Shown: one piece after another, positions 10,901 through 19,307 of the stretch
How the letters are laid out: each line of letters begins with the position of its first letter
How positions within the stretch are numbered: position 1 is the first letter of the stretch
Source of the DNA: Barthelona sp. PCE
Lineage: Eukaryota
Length of the DNA stretch: 64,000 bases
Assembly (NCBI GenBank): GCA_040285745.1
Contig: JAUFOR010000005.1
Coordinates: 62,001 to 126,000, forward strand
Direction: 5' to 3'
Notes under the pieces: generated by a model
Seen by the model: only the letters and a program-made list of their open reading frames with translations
The model's database searches: none
Told to the model about the DNA's origin: nothing
Made by a program: the position numbers and the translations under genes

Positions 10901-12862
10901 ATTGTTAGAGGAAGTGGATGATGTTACAGATCCCTTAGCAATAATATACGCTGCAGGTGTAACATGTGTAAGTGGGAATATGTCAGCATATGCATATCTA
11001 AAATTGGGTGATACTAATGTAGAAGTGGTAGCCCAACTTCCAAATTGCATTTCTGTTCCTGAAGTATATATGGGATCAGCTGATTGGAAAGTAATTGTAT
11101 TAGTTGATGATGATCCATGACCATAACACACTGTAATAGTATAAGTGACCAAAGGATCAAATATATAATCAGTGAGTTGATGATCTGCTTGACATGGAAG
11201 TTGGGCAGGATATTCTATGAAACCCACTGCAACATTCCATCCATACTTTCCGTTTTCTAATGTAGTCACGGCTTTAATTCTTTTGTTTGGCATTCTGATG
11301 GAAAAAATGTAACCAAAAATTTGGTTTGTTTGGGAAAGATAAACAGTCTTTGAAGTAGAAAAATAGTATGGACCTATGGGTATCATATAAAGAGGATAAA
11401 ATTCTACTGCCACGACAACAGAACCTTGGGCTCCAATATATACAAGCTCACCTGCATTAACAATCACACTTCGTTGGTAATCATTATATGATGATGAATA
11501 ATCAGAGGTGGGATAAGTACAACCTGATAAATCCATGTAATCATTAAAAGTTGTCAACTCTGAAGTCGGTGAACCATGCCCGTATAAAGTACACATTCCC
11601 ATTAGGTAATAATTTGACTGATCTTCCATTGATAAAACTAAAGCTACGGTCTTTTCTTCATAATCAAAGTAATTAAAAGTCAAATCGTGTCTTGTTACAA
11701 AAGAGCCATGAAGTTTTTTTTCAATAAGAGGATAACAATTGGTTGTAAGATATCTTGTTGTTGATTCTGACTCAGTACGATGTAAAACAGCATAAACACC
11801 ATGCTCTCCTCCAATTAGATGATGTAATTTTGCAGGAAGACCTTGTCTTTGCACTATAAATGTACCGTATTGACCAACCGTACAAACTCTATTAGGAGGA
11901 CAAAAAACAACAGTGTCTTTACGATAAGCAATGAAACTTCTTTCACCCACTCGATCAAATAAATTCTTTCCTGAAGGAGTTACTGAAGATAGACCATTTG
12001 ATGTAACAATTTCACGATACAAACATGAAAAGAAATTTGGTTGACTATCACCAGGTTCAAAGTGAAAAACTATATTAGAATCAACATTTAGTTCCGTTGG
12101 AGCTGTAGAGAAGTTACAATAAGGATAATAAAACACTTTAAATCCATAACTATAGAAAGATCTAATAGCAACCATTCCAGAATGAAAAATTGAGGTAATA
12201 TATCGTGATTTAATAACTGCATCAAAGCTACTCTTACTAGGGAAAAGTAAAGAAAATAGATGTTCTTTCATATCATTAGAGGGTTCTGAGGAAAAAAGAT
12301 AAAAACCATAAAACTGAGAATATTTTAGTTTCCAAGTATTCGTTCCATCATAAAAGCTTGAATGAAGAGTATAAACAGTATCTGTATCCAATATAGATGT
12401 ATCTATTGTAAGAATGTCACCAGAAAAAACATTAGTTGCTAATGTTTGGACGAATTCAGATCCTTTAAATAGATCAACCTTGATTGGGAAGTTGTGTAAA
12501 ACATCAAAGTTAATACCTTTTTCAACATTGACTGAAACAGCAACCTTTAAAGAAGTTGTTGAGGTTTTCTCAAAAAGTGATTTTAAAGAGGTTTCATAAC
12601 CAAGCCAAGGGGCAGTGGAATAGACAGCGTCAGTAAGAGTCACATTACACAGTCGACCACCGAATCCTGTCGTGCACTCACAATATGCATTATTCGTGAG
12701 TATTCCGTTATCACAAGTTGGAACACAATTCAAAGAACAGCTCAACCCGGAATCAATAATGTCTGAAGATGTGCAAACTGCTAAGATTGCAGCAAAAAAA
12801 AGTAAAAAGTTAAGAGTTTTCCGTTCTCCGCTGATTATGGATCCAGCTCTGAATTGTTTCAT
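1907..12862 (-). CDS. Giant single-pass surface protein: signal peptide, EGF-like repeats, REJ-like region, GAIN/GPS-like motif, long EGF/laminin-EGF array, beta-rich (kelch-like) region, TM helix, short tail
   Basis: The ORF track starts at a TTG (12913); the first ATG is 12862, followed by hydrophobic LNFLLFFAAILAVC. There are many CxCxxG[Y/W/F]xGxxC motifs, REJ-like FTYSWAC, GPS-like WVPAQCSV...FTCTETGAFAAF (5435..5539) and a TM segment FGIIMIAIFITIFVIGAIYM near the C-terminus. Confidence 0.85.
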   Translation of the reverse strand: MKQFRAGSIISGERKTLNFLLFFAAILAVCTSSDIIDSGLSCSLNCVPTCDNGILTNNAYCECTTGFGGRLCNVTLTDAVYSTAPWLGYETSLKSLFEKTSTTSLKVAVSVNVEKGINFDVLHNFPIKVDLFKGSEFVQTLATNVFSGDILTIDTSILDTDTVYTLHSSFYDGTNTWKLKYSQFYGFYLFSSEPSNDMKEHLFSLLFPSKSSFDAVIKSRYITSIFHSGMVAIRSFYSYGFKVFYYPYCNFSTAPTELNVDSNIVFHFEPGDSQPNFFSCLYREIVTSNGLSSVTPSGKNLFDRVGERSFIAYRKDTVVFCPPNRVCTVGQYGTFIVQRQGLPAKLHHLIGGEHGVYAVLHRTESESTTRYLTTNCYPLIEKKLHGSFVTRHDLTFNYFDYEEKTVALVLSMEDQSNYYLMGMCTLYGHGSPTSELTTFNDYMDLSGCTYPTSDYSSSYNDYQRSVIVNAGELVYIGAQGSVVVAVEFYPLYMIPIGPYYFSTSKTVYLSQTNQIFGYIFSIRMPNKRIKAVTTLENGKYGWNVAVGFIEYPAQLPCQADHQLTDYIFDPLVTYTITVCYGHGSSSTNTITFQSADPIYTSGTEMQFGSWATTSTLVSPNFRYAYADIFPLTHVTPAAYIIAKGSVTSSTSSNNGFLYATRKDGTTFKTLDWAAFWRQADDQDQPMVGYDDKKLGLNVMSNLGSPAIGAFNASFASFTYSSGHNQGFDLEESTDFCRTGTGNSAGVDRCTCGDDFYGDNCQYMIIDGEATSDWTYTVARDTRYLPNVFKFTPQALATVRNVKALYNVSVPLYIKVKFPYVTEDRVNFGHISVSTFEPRTYYDGEFSLTTIGDYLLNKDTTGMGDVYQMVNIPLDTDDDVYVLTQFGMVGAEISVGFECAANCHGIGICGYDGSCSDCAHADRFCNADFYPSGCPPGKYIKQDDGSCEPVCDELPDNADCVAPDVFVCKGGYELNADETLCVEACTLDCVINSKCVRHNVSYQECVPKDGYKWVDIAEQTLGVEPICANGCPKNSRCNAPDTCACMPDYSYDQSSGACEPNIDFDFTVSAPYYEVFNGKTSYYRSGDTISGTIQASFNDRPIAYFQASILYMQLSCNSGKNNKIFTTGVFSKNGKYNYGFKLDSFGVCELNLIHKQKTVGKARIFVGYSPDFTNKARILKRDTSFSVYGYAFDNVLKTNIPKDYSALNYINGDFVLEIDCDSYITSPFSLNTVVNFIELGQYDHNMEDYYTCDVKLHKDGVYFVDEIVRSKLNYSMEFVNVNGKQPFKFVEGYSRRVGLSSHRNEHDLNIDVFFDGDIKSNCNVDLRIVRCYHDEIGVLQFCNNPTEWASTITEKIVLGHSKHYSHWVDVVVYGCTGDVGQPTTDTIGNIIVKTRPDSIAEEWAAVSKHPCVLIDAFTSIEMIDSSYLKVETAFDHSTVRHSFSSAQYIVPWNVEKNINPARPECQESRFGDFIGNNLYVRYSLRSRDLAINYPFKAVFKDGRYSYNVERYSKADDQKQFYLEVADFDFTEFEISESSLCGETLFQGKNWTTEPYVKVGMLCNDPFTIELRSEGGSTLQSASAMSDIDFASLTPNTYQLYVSRTDMFGTTRENTCNFKVQNENYCARIYFSNFRVVKNNRPSLTYHYSHRNLYDFVGVDIEQISGPQNVTFEFEAFRHIIRNKGQFMLPGTYHFGHNITLTKKSDNSNCMRELKSFSFKVEYPEITVKPKKTHVTTSMSDPLTVNHIVYDKLYGTSDGFTYSWACRAYNETRMRYDNELCDTIMPGIKSRALILQPEQLALLEDNTNMYLDFIVSHNDTGRSTKVKILVRVFDNVAYGAFDAVISLSRIGDVRRISPHSANVFFDMVPRNPGTKLNTCTYKALEVSGAVANKNLYDWGDMELDAVAKVSIAEEFFNLKLKVAKYERSWSFFNVKKPVEDTVYLTETFKETKRLGIRNYGLFACSSYKFEATCNVGGGRSSKDEWEFATYCPDTSGYFNVTKLDGSRYQMVFKPSFGEKGREWANDLVKGTSVIARPDVSYTYTYINPVTHRRTVMLQSDNVRSSFITPPLPFANVNVTFGIEVTDKSYDIKSVRTLDVEMSAPEPAPLYIDNSNEISAASTLVRDMNKALTDPAKQASQNVHLKDLTKGLKTVFQQPPVERSFWSKLWNKRRVNRITASFLDVGGVPRNSGSSGNDTIDFTDEEIDAMTTEELMPIIDLASLYSMYDELGVISPIDIVSNLLAMVDSDSSTALMPTVLDLCDYLPYTFLDEDTDAVKEATGESLMTLVNTMLTTLKDRQFENETVLEWAHEVAVSGFNLMARYSNEQEGDVFDGSLINAAFVKDNIADLVNMTESTFTFTGDSETDDDRELTVGYMTVPFAGSHFEYVEGLIGFSDVFSLKLQYQNTELEISDVDLTSISFGLPIVGSYEKNITASDITVMRFDGETWVPAQCSVTYAPFASSVSFTCTETGAFAAFITKSMSCGSTFFGEDCDECVRNHYGEHCEPCPLESPNGICDAGISGTGALVCVSDAYSGELCDTCNSGYYEQGSACITCPPCERGTCLDGTGNGTCQCEQYFTGTLCNMCEFGRTGTDCDECIPKYYSSECIAAGACIHGTLFDGFNGNGSCVCNEGYTGADCSETDSGYYGPNAVPCRSCENGGTCDDGTSGSGMCLCPAGYNPGTNCSTCMPGYVGASCELARDCGPGGVVFDGITGNNTCLCATGFNSSAGGVCDVCESNRFGAACTVCPSCDNGHCSDTASGDGKCICDEYWSGALCDECIPGRRGSDCSLCMEGLVVDSNDECVLCDAGYFGAKCEKCPACVHGTCNDTITGDGMCLCDEGTTGGLCDQTLPGYRIENNTVIKTCLIDCQGNSFCNESLSDPICVCRAGWSGANCDVPVCNDCAGNCVAPDTCVCSGTFTGASCDECKNGWEGDLCNVPICNSTCVHGTCVAPERCECDADFRGVLCDEAIPKCPICPTNGFCNKDKECQCKHGWTGDECDEQVTLDESNSVFYKRINNFDSEPVLSVIIGNNTYVILDDAEIHRITNNEDEKISEALEGDVVHVFVQEEFAIYHDDVVKVFSFSAKEWEPVSAPSNGAISIAPNSIGIGVVDGILFVGSNHVFMDMPSMNLSTVNITDSPNLGPSAIFDAKSTRHSNVVVHADTQLKLYGYLPDNRWVTYDPIDIECPAISVNIFDNDVIIVCPTLNATHAAIVNVSENSHTIEYIQTDTTLLSAGHLTIDDDGLTIVGQHSTTTIGTKPPVEVDPFAVEATAPQTVSGDILVSYDGDLFIVSDIMPYVKRYVEADDRWDEYTMSVTTTATDFIGNCAASRASTTGTTTRIVCVDADQKATLQVLTVDWELSTIYMDSIPIASDVAELSDASLAASETHFFIMGKTAHSSLLFKIDNVFMSTLTVSLKDTVPAAASTIVVDDDIYMFGGKPVTQVMYVVNTRSGVVTKNDVNDAHVAFAGLTGGWKFGSKLATYGTNPVTGTTVGFVIDTETLDVLRLPAELGGVSLDGKVVKSLGPRTGGSALVLLADDMAGTNPSVVEFTFYDVCGVQSSSGSVCNVETGTYVTDPEPEPEKETSYFGIIMIAIFITIFVIGAIYMNKKVEEKPEMDLYAPNFMQMEMNPSQTRLPFSAEVQRSAEL

Positions 12863-13158
12863 TAAAATGCAACTTTTGAATCCAAGAATAAGATGTAAAA
12901 GGGTTATATGCAATAAGTGCGTTTGTAGAACTGAAAGATGTAATTATTCGTTTTTCTCACTTGTCTGAACTTTTTTTTTAACTTTTACCATGGCAGAAGT
13001 ACAAGAAAACAATTTATTGAAAGAAAAAAAAATCTCACTTTAAAGTATGCAGACGTTTTTCAATGTTTTCGCATTATACAAAGAATATGAGTCACATACA
13101 CACACACACATTAACTTACAGGAATGTGAAAAAACGAGTTCAGTCAAACGTCCTCTAC

Positions 13159-14970
13159 TTACAACATATCCAGGTCATTGTGAATAAAAAAATCAGCTGA
13201 TGATAAAAAATCCAACATATTAACATTCACCGTTGTCTTCACCACAGTATGATCATTAACATTCAACTTAAAACGGTCATATTCAAACTTAAAATCTAAC
13301 ATAATTGCATGTACCACACATAAATCATACATTTCAACTACATATACATTTTCACTCCACCGGTTTTGAATATTAAGGAATGGTACTTCCCATTCCAGAT
13401 CAATAATAACGTCACTAACACGATACATCTTACCACAATGCGTTAGATGTGCTGAATCAATCCACATGCATTCTCCTGATTCAATATACATTGGAAAAGG
13501 AATCTTTTTGATTGTGTTAGATTGAACATCCCAAATCAAAACACAAGCTGATAATTCATCTTCATCATCATAATACTTAGCAAATACAACAGTTGGATTA
13601 AATTGATTGGAAAAAAATTTCACACAATCAAAATCAAGCAACTCACACTCTGTCAAATCATCAATTTTTAGGAAGGTTAAACTGTTCATTTTATGAAGCA
13701 TCACAATATTACCACATAACAAAACATCAGCAACATGATTTGAATACTCACCGTGTTGAGTACACAGCAGTCCTTCCAAGTTTTCTGCAACAAAACCGTA
13801 TTCATTAGCATCAATATGTATTAAATGGGGATCATTGGTCTCATATGAATGTAAAACCTCACATGTGCCGACATCAACAACCTCTATCGTGGTACCTCTG
13901 AACTGAACATACTGATTTCCATGAATACAACACAATTTTTTTTTTTCACAATTACTTTCAGTATGCTTCTTACTGAATAAATTAACACAATTATCCCAAA
14001 ATGAAAAACATATGATACATCCCAAGGCCGATAAATAAGGTAAACTATAATTATTTTTATCAAGTAAAACATTTCTAGTAGAAAGAGCAAATACTGTATT
14101 CCTTGTTTCATGAAAACTAACAACATCTGTTGTACCCAATCTTTCACTAACGCATAATAAATCCGTACTGAACGCTATTATTTTTCCTGTTGGACGCAAT
14201 GTAGCATCATAATGAAAAGAACCATTGTTCAAATCAATGCTGAATATTTGTTGACCAGTAAAGAAGTAGTAATTTCCGTTAGAGTGGTACATACAGATTA
14301 AATCTCTGTACAATGCTGGTATCTTAAAGATTTCAGGCTCAACGTATGGAGAACCATCACTATCAACACTTATGAATTGTATTTGATTAATGTAAACGAT
14401 TGCTTCTATATGCGTGGGGTGATTAACAACACGTACAATGTTTTTTGTTACATGACTTTCTATAAAATAATCAGGAAATTCCATAATTTTTTCACACAGT
14501 TCACCATATGAATTCAAGTATATACATAAATAATCATCGTTCGCTAACTTATAGTAGGTACAATTCGAGTACTTTTGAGATATCGGTGATCCTTCAATAA
14601 TACACACTATATCTTCCGTTTCCATGTTAATGATAGAAAAAGAATTATGACCTTCACTTTGTAAAACAAATTTATCACCGAATACTGTTCTCAATCTGTA
14701 TTTCCTTTCATATTCAATGTAAAGAAAGAAAGAATCATCTTTATACTTCCATATTTGAACGCCTTTTCTTGTATTTCTATAGCAAGTGTTTGTAGAACAC
14801 TTACTGCTTTTCAAGCTAATCATTTCACAATATTTTGTTCCTGGAATTGGATCATAAGACACCAAAAATGTGTTAACATCACATATTTGCTGGAGAACAT
14901 AAAACTTCCCATTTAAAAGTGGCTCAAGAACCATGTCCCCCTTCGTTGCAATCGATCTTAATCGAGGCAT
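13159..14970 (-). CDS. Unassigned multicopy family protein (subfamily B), 603 aa, beta-rich
   Basis: Intact ORF starting MPR. Paralog of 19308..21227 (shared RVxNHP, GxPY, YDA, GCxxCFSFWxxCVxLF, IEVVD...VLHS, WxxPFL, LNVxDxT motifs). Confidence 0.85.
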   Translation of the reverse strand: MPRLRSIATKGDMVLEPLLNGKFYVLQQICDVNTFLVSYDPIPGTKYCEMISLKSSKCSTNTCYRNTRKGVQIWKYKDDSFFLYIEYERKYRLRTVFGDKFVLQSEGHNSFSIINMETEDIVCIIEGSPISQKYSNCTYYKLANDDYLCIYLNSYGELCEKIMEFPDYFIESHVTKNIVRVVNHPTHIEAIVYINQIQFISVDSDGSPYVEPEIFKIPALYRDLICMYHSNGNYYFFTGQQIFSIDLNNGSFHYDATLRPTGKIIAFSTDLLCVSERLGTTDVVSFHETRNTVFALSTRNVLLDKNNYSLPYLSALGCIICFSFWDNCVNLFSKKHTESNCEKKKLCCIHGNQYVQFRGTTIEVVDVGTCEVLHSYETNDPHLIHIDANEYGFVAENLEGLLCTQHGEYSNHVADVLLCGNIVMLHKMNSLTFLKIDDLTECELLDFDCVKFFSNQFNPTVVFAKYYDDEDELSACVLIWDVQSNTIKKIPFPMYIESGECMWIDSAHLTHCGKMYRVSDVIIDLEWEVPFLNIQNRWSENVYVVEMYDLCVVHAIMLDFKFEYDRFKLNVNDHTVVKTTVNVNMLDFLSSADFFIHNDLDML

Positions 14971-14997
14971 TGTTGATGAGGAAAAAAAACACTATAA

Positions 14998-15016
14998 TAG
15001 GGATTCAAGTTGTGCC
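14998..15016 (+). repeat. Left terminal inverted repeat of the hAT-like element
   Basis: TAGGGATTCAAGTTGTGCC; its 15-bp core pairs with 19285..19299. Confidence 0.65.
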
Positions 15017-15055
15017 GTGGAGGGTAATAAATTCAAAATTTAGGGAGGATCACTT

Positions 15056-15319
15056 GTGACTTACATTGAATATGTGAAAAATGAAGTTAAGGAAGAATAC
15101 TCTACATTGTTAACTAACGCTGACAAATGTGCTTCCGCATTGCATGAACTTGATGTATCACCGGAGTCTTTCTTTAATTTTTCATTAACCCCGGAAGAAA
15201 TAACCATAAAGCAGAGCATATGCGAACTAGAAAAGGCTATGGAATTTGTTAAGAAAATTGATGGAATTATTCAAGAATTTGAGTTAAGCGACACATTGAG
15301 CTCAACTTTTGCCACTTAG
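15056..15319 (+). other. Short ATG-less ORF (87 codons, helical/acidic) inside the transposon; cargo or gene fragment
   Basis: GTG start with an in-frame TAG just upstream (15041). Protein-like composition, but no family recognised. Confidence 0.3.
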
Positions 15320-15454
15320 GGTTAGGCAAATATAGATTATAGATTTACTAATGTCGTAACATTGAATGATAGGGAACGCTAATGTAAAATAGGTTTTGAA
15401 TATAGGTAGTTGCAGCAGTTGAAAAAAAGGTGTCTAAACATCGTAAACATATAT

Positions 15455-18400
15455 TTATTGTTGTGTTATTGTCATATATGGTAACTCAGGTGTTCCTGGA
15501 ACGACACGACCCAAAAATAAACCATAATAATTATCGTCTCCAATTCGTTGTTGATTATAACTAATTTCATTCTTCAATCTACTGAAAGCACTTTCAACAG
15601 CGCTGTTAGAGGGTGAGTAGAATTTGAAAGGAGTAAGGAAATTTTTAAAGCTCGATTGAAGATAACTTGGCAGTGCAGTGTAACCCCTAACTAAGGCTAT
15701 ACGGATCATTTCCGAATTGACAAACTTAGAGTGACCTTCATCTTCATCAAAAAACTCTCGAACACTATCATTATTTAAATAATCCAGAGCATCGTCAACC
15801 GTTCTTGCAGATTGCCGTTCTGAAGATGTCCTCTGTAATTGGCGCGGTAGTTCCATTACGTTAGCAGAGCTCTCTGCAGCAATTCTAACTTTTGATTTAT
15901 AATATTCGGATGCAGTGAAATATTGTTGACGATTATTCTGCTCCAAATCTAGTTTTAGTGGTTCTTCTGGCGGCATAATGGGATCATTAGGTGAGTAAGC
16001 AAAGTGTTTGGAATCTTGTAGCACACATGCAATATAACCAACCAAACCTCTCACCTTTTCACCCCTGTTTTCGGCATAATAGACATAACCCAAAGCATAC
16101 TGAGACCAATTTGTGAAGTGGGAGGTATCAAAACAACCTGTTGTTGTGTTGGGTTTCTGTTTATCAGGGTTCAATCTTGATCGAAGGAAATGGTAACACA
16201 TAGTTACTTTGAGTCCGTTAAGAGTTTCTGTTGTCAAATCTTTATCAACATATTTGATGCTCAACTGGGAGAGATAATTAGCTGTAGCTGTAACACCAAA
16301 ATCAAAACCACTTAACAAAACTGAATCTAAATCACACATCAAAAAAGCTACTAATGCTTGAGCTTGAATGAATTTCTCACTCAAATATCGAACAACATAC
16401 ATCTCCAAGGCATTTGTGTAACGTAAAACAAAACTATTGTTGGCGAACCTCTCCTTCAAAAACGTTAAAACTACAAGCATTTGTGAAATCTCACAGTAAA
16501 CATTCAACACGCTGTATCGAGCAGAGTAAGCAATACGCTGAATCAAAATAAATCTCTCCATAATTGTCCTGTATATCTTACTGCATTCCCAAAGATCCTC
16601 TCCTAGTTTGAACTCTTCTTTCAATTCATCGGGCTGACATTGTTTAGTGAATACACGGAAGAAGTCTTCAGTTGCTTCCCAACGCACATTATCTAACTTA
16701 TTATCATCATTTTTAAAAAATATCTTCCACAACTCAACATTGATCAACGATTGAACAAATGCGAAGAACTTGAGTTCCACGTGTTCCTTCTGTATGATTG
16801 ATGCCATGGTAATAATGGGAATGTTGCAATGTATGTATGAGAATTTTTTGTATCTATCATACATCTCCTTCAGTCTATCTGAATCTTCAATTTCAACACC
16901 TGCCTCGTTTATGATCTTGTCATTAACCCTCAGACCCATATATTTCCTATCTTGCCCGAGCTCTTTGAGTACTTGAAGCTTGCGATTCTCATACCCCATT
17001 AAAAAATCTTCACAAATCATAGGGTTGCTCTCCAACTCTGCATCTGAAGGCTCAATGACTTCACAATCAACCTTATTGTTCCAACGATTGATAGGGTTTT
17101 TCTCGATGCTAATTCCTGCATTACGGAATGTCTTCAAAAGACAAATAGATTTAACTTTTTTGAAGTAGTTTGAATCTATACTGGGAACACTTGCACCATC
17201 ATTGAAATAGTTTAAGATCAACCGAAATTCAGCTAAAAGACTTTTTTGTCCGTTGGTAATCATTTCTCCTAACTCCTTCCAATTCATAACGTTAAATAAA
17301 TTAGACCAGCATCTTTCTGCATCCTCTAATTCGAGGTTAAACGTCATCGACTTGGTGATCAAGTTGTGCGATATGTGTGCAAAGCATGGAGAGTGCATAA
17401 ACTGTTGATGATGGCGGGATAGCATTTCACACAACACACACAGAATTTCACAATCAGTTCTAATGAAGATGCTCACATTTTCTTCAATAAATGATGATGC
17501 AAATGTTAATTCAATATCTCTTTTAGTATCCAATTTATACGTTACTTTCTCTGGAAAAGTGGATATGGTATTTTCTACCATTATTGGAGATTTTCCATGA
17601 AATAAGAAAGTAGGTAATGAATAAGTCTTCAAAATTCCTCTGTCAACTAAGAAATCAAGCAGCCAAATACCCAGATCATACGCCTTTTTTCCCGAAAAGG
17701 AGGTTCGGTGAAAAGGAGGCTCAGCATGATTACCAACGCCATTAATCCTTTGGCATAGGACAACATGGTTCTTATTTTTAAGCCAGTCAAGATATTTAAT
17801 AACATCTATTGTCATAGTGTTTTCTATAAAAACTTTAGTTTTCTCATTAAAAATTTCATGCTCTGGTGGAGGTACATTATGTTCACCAAAATCTGGCACA
17901 TCAAGCATGATGATGATATACTCACGATCATCTAAATTTGAAGCATCATACTGCAAACATATTGGCAAGTCTTTTTCAATAAAAATCTTAAACAACCATT
18001 CAGTGATAAATGCATGAAAATTAGGTATAATACGGATGTATTTATAGAATGTTTCCATCCCCCGCTTGGTGGTGAACTCCTCCTTAATACTTTCTTTCGC
18101 GTTCCTAAGACTATGTGCTAATACTAGCTTAGAGAAGTATCTGGAAACATGTTTGGAATTGTCATTAATCACATTTTCATTGTTAATTCTAACAGACATC
18201 GCTACTATATTCCTATTTTCGCATGTAGAAATATTTGAAAGAAAGGGATTATAAAGAATATTCGGGATTTCGCATTCAAACAACCTTTTGGCTACACTGT
18301 ACTTCAAACTATACACCTTTAACCAAAACTTTGCACAAAAAAAACTTGAACTCTTGTGGTACGATAAGGGTGGATTGTAAATCGCATCTTTAACCCTTTT

Positions 18401-18943
18401 TGTGATGTTCTTACCTTCATATTTAATTATTCTGTCGTTATTTGCGCAATCTATCAAAGTTTGGTAATCCTTTTTTAGCTTTTCAGAATAAGGGTAATTT
18501 GGGTTTTTGGCTATAGATGCACACAGTATTCTTAAACGATTTAGAAAAGGTAGCATGTTATATACAGCTTGCCCCGTTAATGGATCTATCAGCTTAAACA
18601 GCCAATTTTTGAGTGATATTGCATTTTTTTTGTATCTACCTACATCAGCACCATCCCTCAAAATGTTGTTAAAAAATGAGTCTTTGTTGGCAATAGGGAT
18701 CAGCCTGCAAGAGAAATCTTTATACGAACAGGGCAAATGTATTAAATTGTGAATATCAACCCTTTTCTTGAACTCTATACCTTGACTGTTATAAATCGCT
18801 TCCACAACAAGATCGTTAGTGCCTGGATCAGGTGCAGGGTTTTCATCGTTATATAGCGTAGGTTTTTGAATTTCATATTCTTCTTCAACCATTAAGAAGT
18901 TATCCTCTCTTGATATGAGCAGTTCTGAGAGAGGGTATGCCAT
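15455..18943 (-). CDS. Divergent hAT-family DDE transposase, 1162 aa
   Basis: hAT hallmark motifs occur in the correct order: tentative first Asp IIMLD (~17900), IRTD (~17453), HSPCFAHISHNL = CxAHxLNL (~17375..17386), DNVRWEAT = TRW motif (~16680), SPSNSAVESAFS = P-SS-ERxFS with the catalytic Glu (~15593). Confidence 0.8.
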   Translation of the reverse strand: MAYPLSELLISREDNFLMVEEEYEIQKPTLYNDENPAPDPGTNDLVVEAIYNSQGIEFKKRVDIHNLIHLPCSYKDFSCRLIPIANKDSFFNNILRDGADVGRYKKNAISLKNWLFKLIDPLTGQAVYNMLPFLNRLRILCASIAKNPNYPYSEKLKKDYQTLIDCANNDRIIKYEGKNITKRVKDAIYNPPLSYHKSSSFFCAKFWLKVYSLKYSVAKRLFECEIPNILYNPFLSNISTCENRNIVAMSVRINNENVINDNSKHVSRYFSKLVLAHSLRNAKESIKEEFTTKRGMETFYKYIRIIPNFHAFITEWLFKIFIEKDLPICLQYDASNLDDREYIIIMLDVPDFGEHNVPPPEHEIFNEKTKVFIENTMTIDVIKYLDWLKNKNHVVLCQRINGVGNHAEPPFHRTSFSGKKAYDLGIWLLDFLVDRGILKTYSLPTFLFHGKSPIMVENTISTFPEKVTYKLDTKRDIELTFASSFIEENVSIFIRTDCEILCVLCEMLSRHHQQFMHSPCFAHISHNLITKSMTFNLELEDAERCWSNLFNVMNWKELGEMITNGQKSLLAEFRLILNYFNDGASVPSIDSNYFKKVKSICLLKTFRNAGISIEKNPINRWNNKVDCEVIEPSDAELESNPMICEDFLMGYENRKLQVLKELGQDRKYMGLRVNDKIINEAGVEIEDSDRLKEMYDRYKKFSYIHCNIPIITMASIIQKEHVELKFFAFVQSLINVELWKIFFKNDDNKLDNVRWEATEDFFRVFTKQCQPDELKEEFKLGEDLWECSKIYRTIMERFILIQRIAYSARYSVLNVYCEISQMLVVLTFLKERFANNSFVLRYTNALEMYVVRYLSEKFIQAQALVAFLMCDLDSVLLSGFDFGVTATANYLSQLSIKYVDKDLTTETLNGLKVTMCYHFLRSRLNPDKQKPNTTTGCFDTSHFTNWSQYALGYVYYAENRGEKVRGLVGYIACVLQDSKHFAYSPNDPIMPPEEPLKLDLEQNNRQQYFTASEYYKSKVRIAAESSANVMELPRQLQRTSSERQSARTVDDALDYLNNDSVREFFDEDEGHSKFVNSEMIRIALVRGYTALPSYLQSSFKNFLTPFKFYSPSNSAVESAFSRLKNEISYNQQRIGDDNYYGLFLGRVVPGTPELPYMTITQQ

Positions 18944-19284
18944 CTGTCAACTTTGTTTTTATACTCGTTGTTAGATAGGGGTGATTAAAGTAATTCCAGT
19001 TTTTTTAGAAATCTGGACTGAAATCTATAAAATCAATAAATTGAATGTTGGACATAGGTGTTTACTAATACATATGGTCTCTTGCGCACAACTAGATTTC
19101 CACTAATTACGATATAGGTCCAATCATGGAAGTTCGAATGCCTAGCCTAGGGTTCCAGGAACAACATCCACACAAGAAGGTTCGCTTCGTCCCCTCCGCT
19201 GTTTACTACCTCAAGTATAAGGTCTGAAGGTTAGCGCCTATATGTCACCTCTTTACAGTATGCACCGAAGTAATAGACTTACTG

Positions 19285-19301
19285 GGCACAATTTGAATCT
19301 A
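19285..19301 (-). repeat. Right terminal inverted repeat of the hAT-like element
   Basis: GGCACAATTTGAATCTA, reverse complement TAGATTCAAATTGTGCC. It lies a few bp past the stop codon of the 19308 gene. Confidence 0.65.
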
Positions 19302-19307
19302 GTACAA

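Larger units (their letters stand above)
14998..19301 (-). mobile_element. hAT-superfamily DNA transposon (~4.3 kb) with degenerate TIRs
   Basis: Inverted repeat GATTCAAGTTGTGCC (15002..15016) matches the reverse complement of 19285..19299 (GATTCAAATTGTGCC) at 14/15. The left end begins TAGGG, as many hAT termini do. It encloses a transposase-like ORF and sits between two tandem paralogs. No clean 8-bp TSD was found, so the exact ends are uncertain. Confidence 0.7.

Noticed and set aside
13093-13110. Short (CA)n tract
   Set aside because: Ordinary short microsatellite with no evidence of function.
19128-19150. GTTCGAATG, resembling a tRNA T-loop
   Set aside because: No T-stem, acceptor stem or cloverleaf can be built around it.
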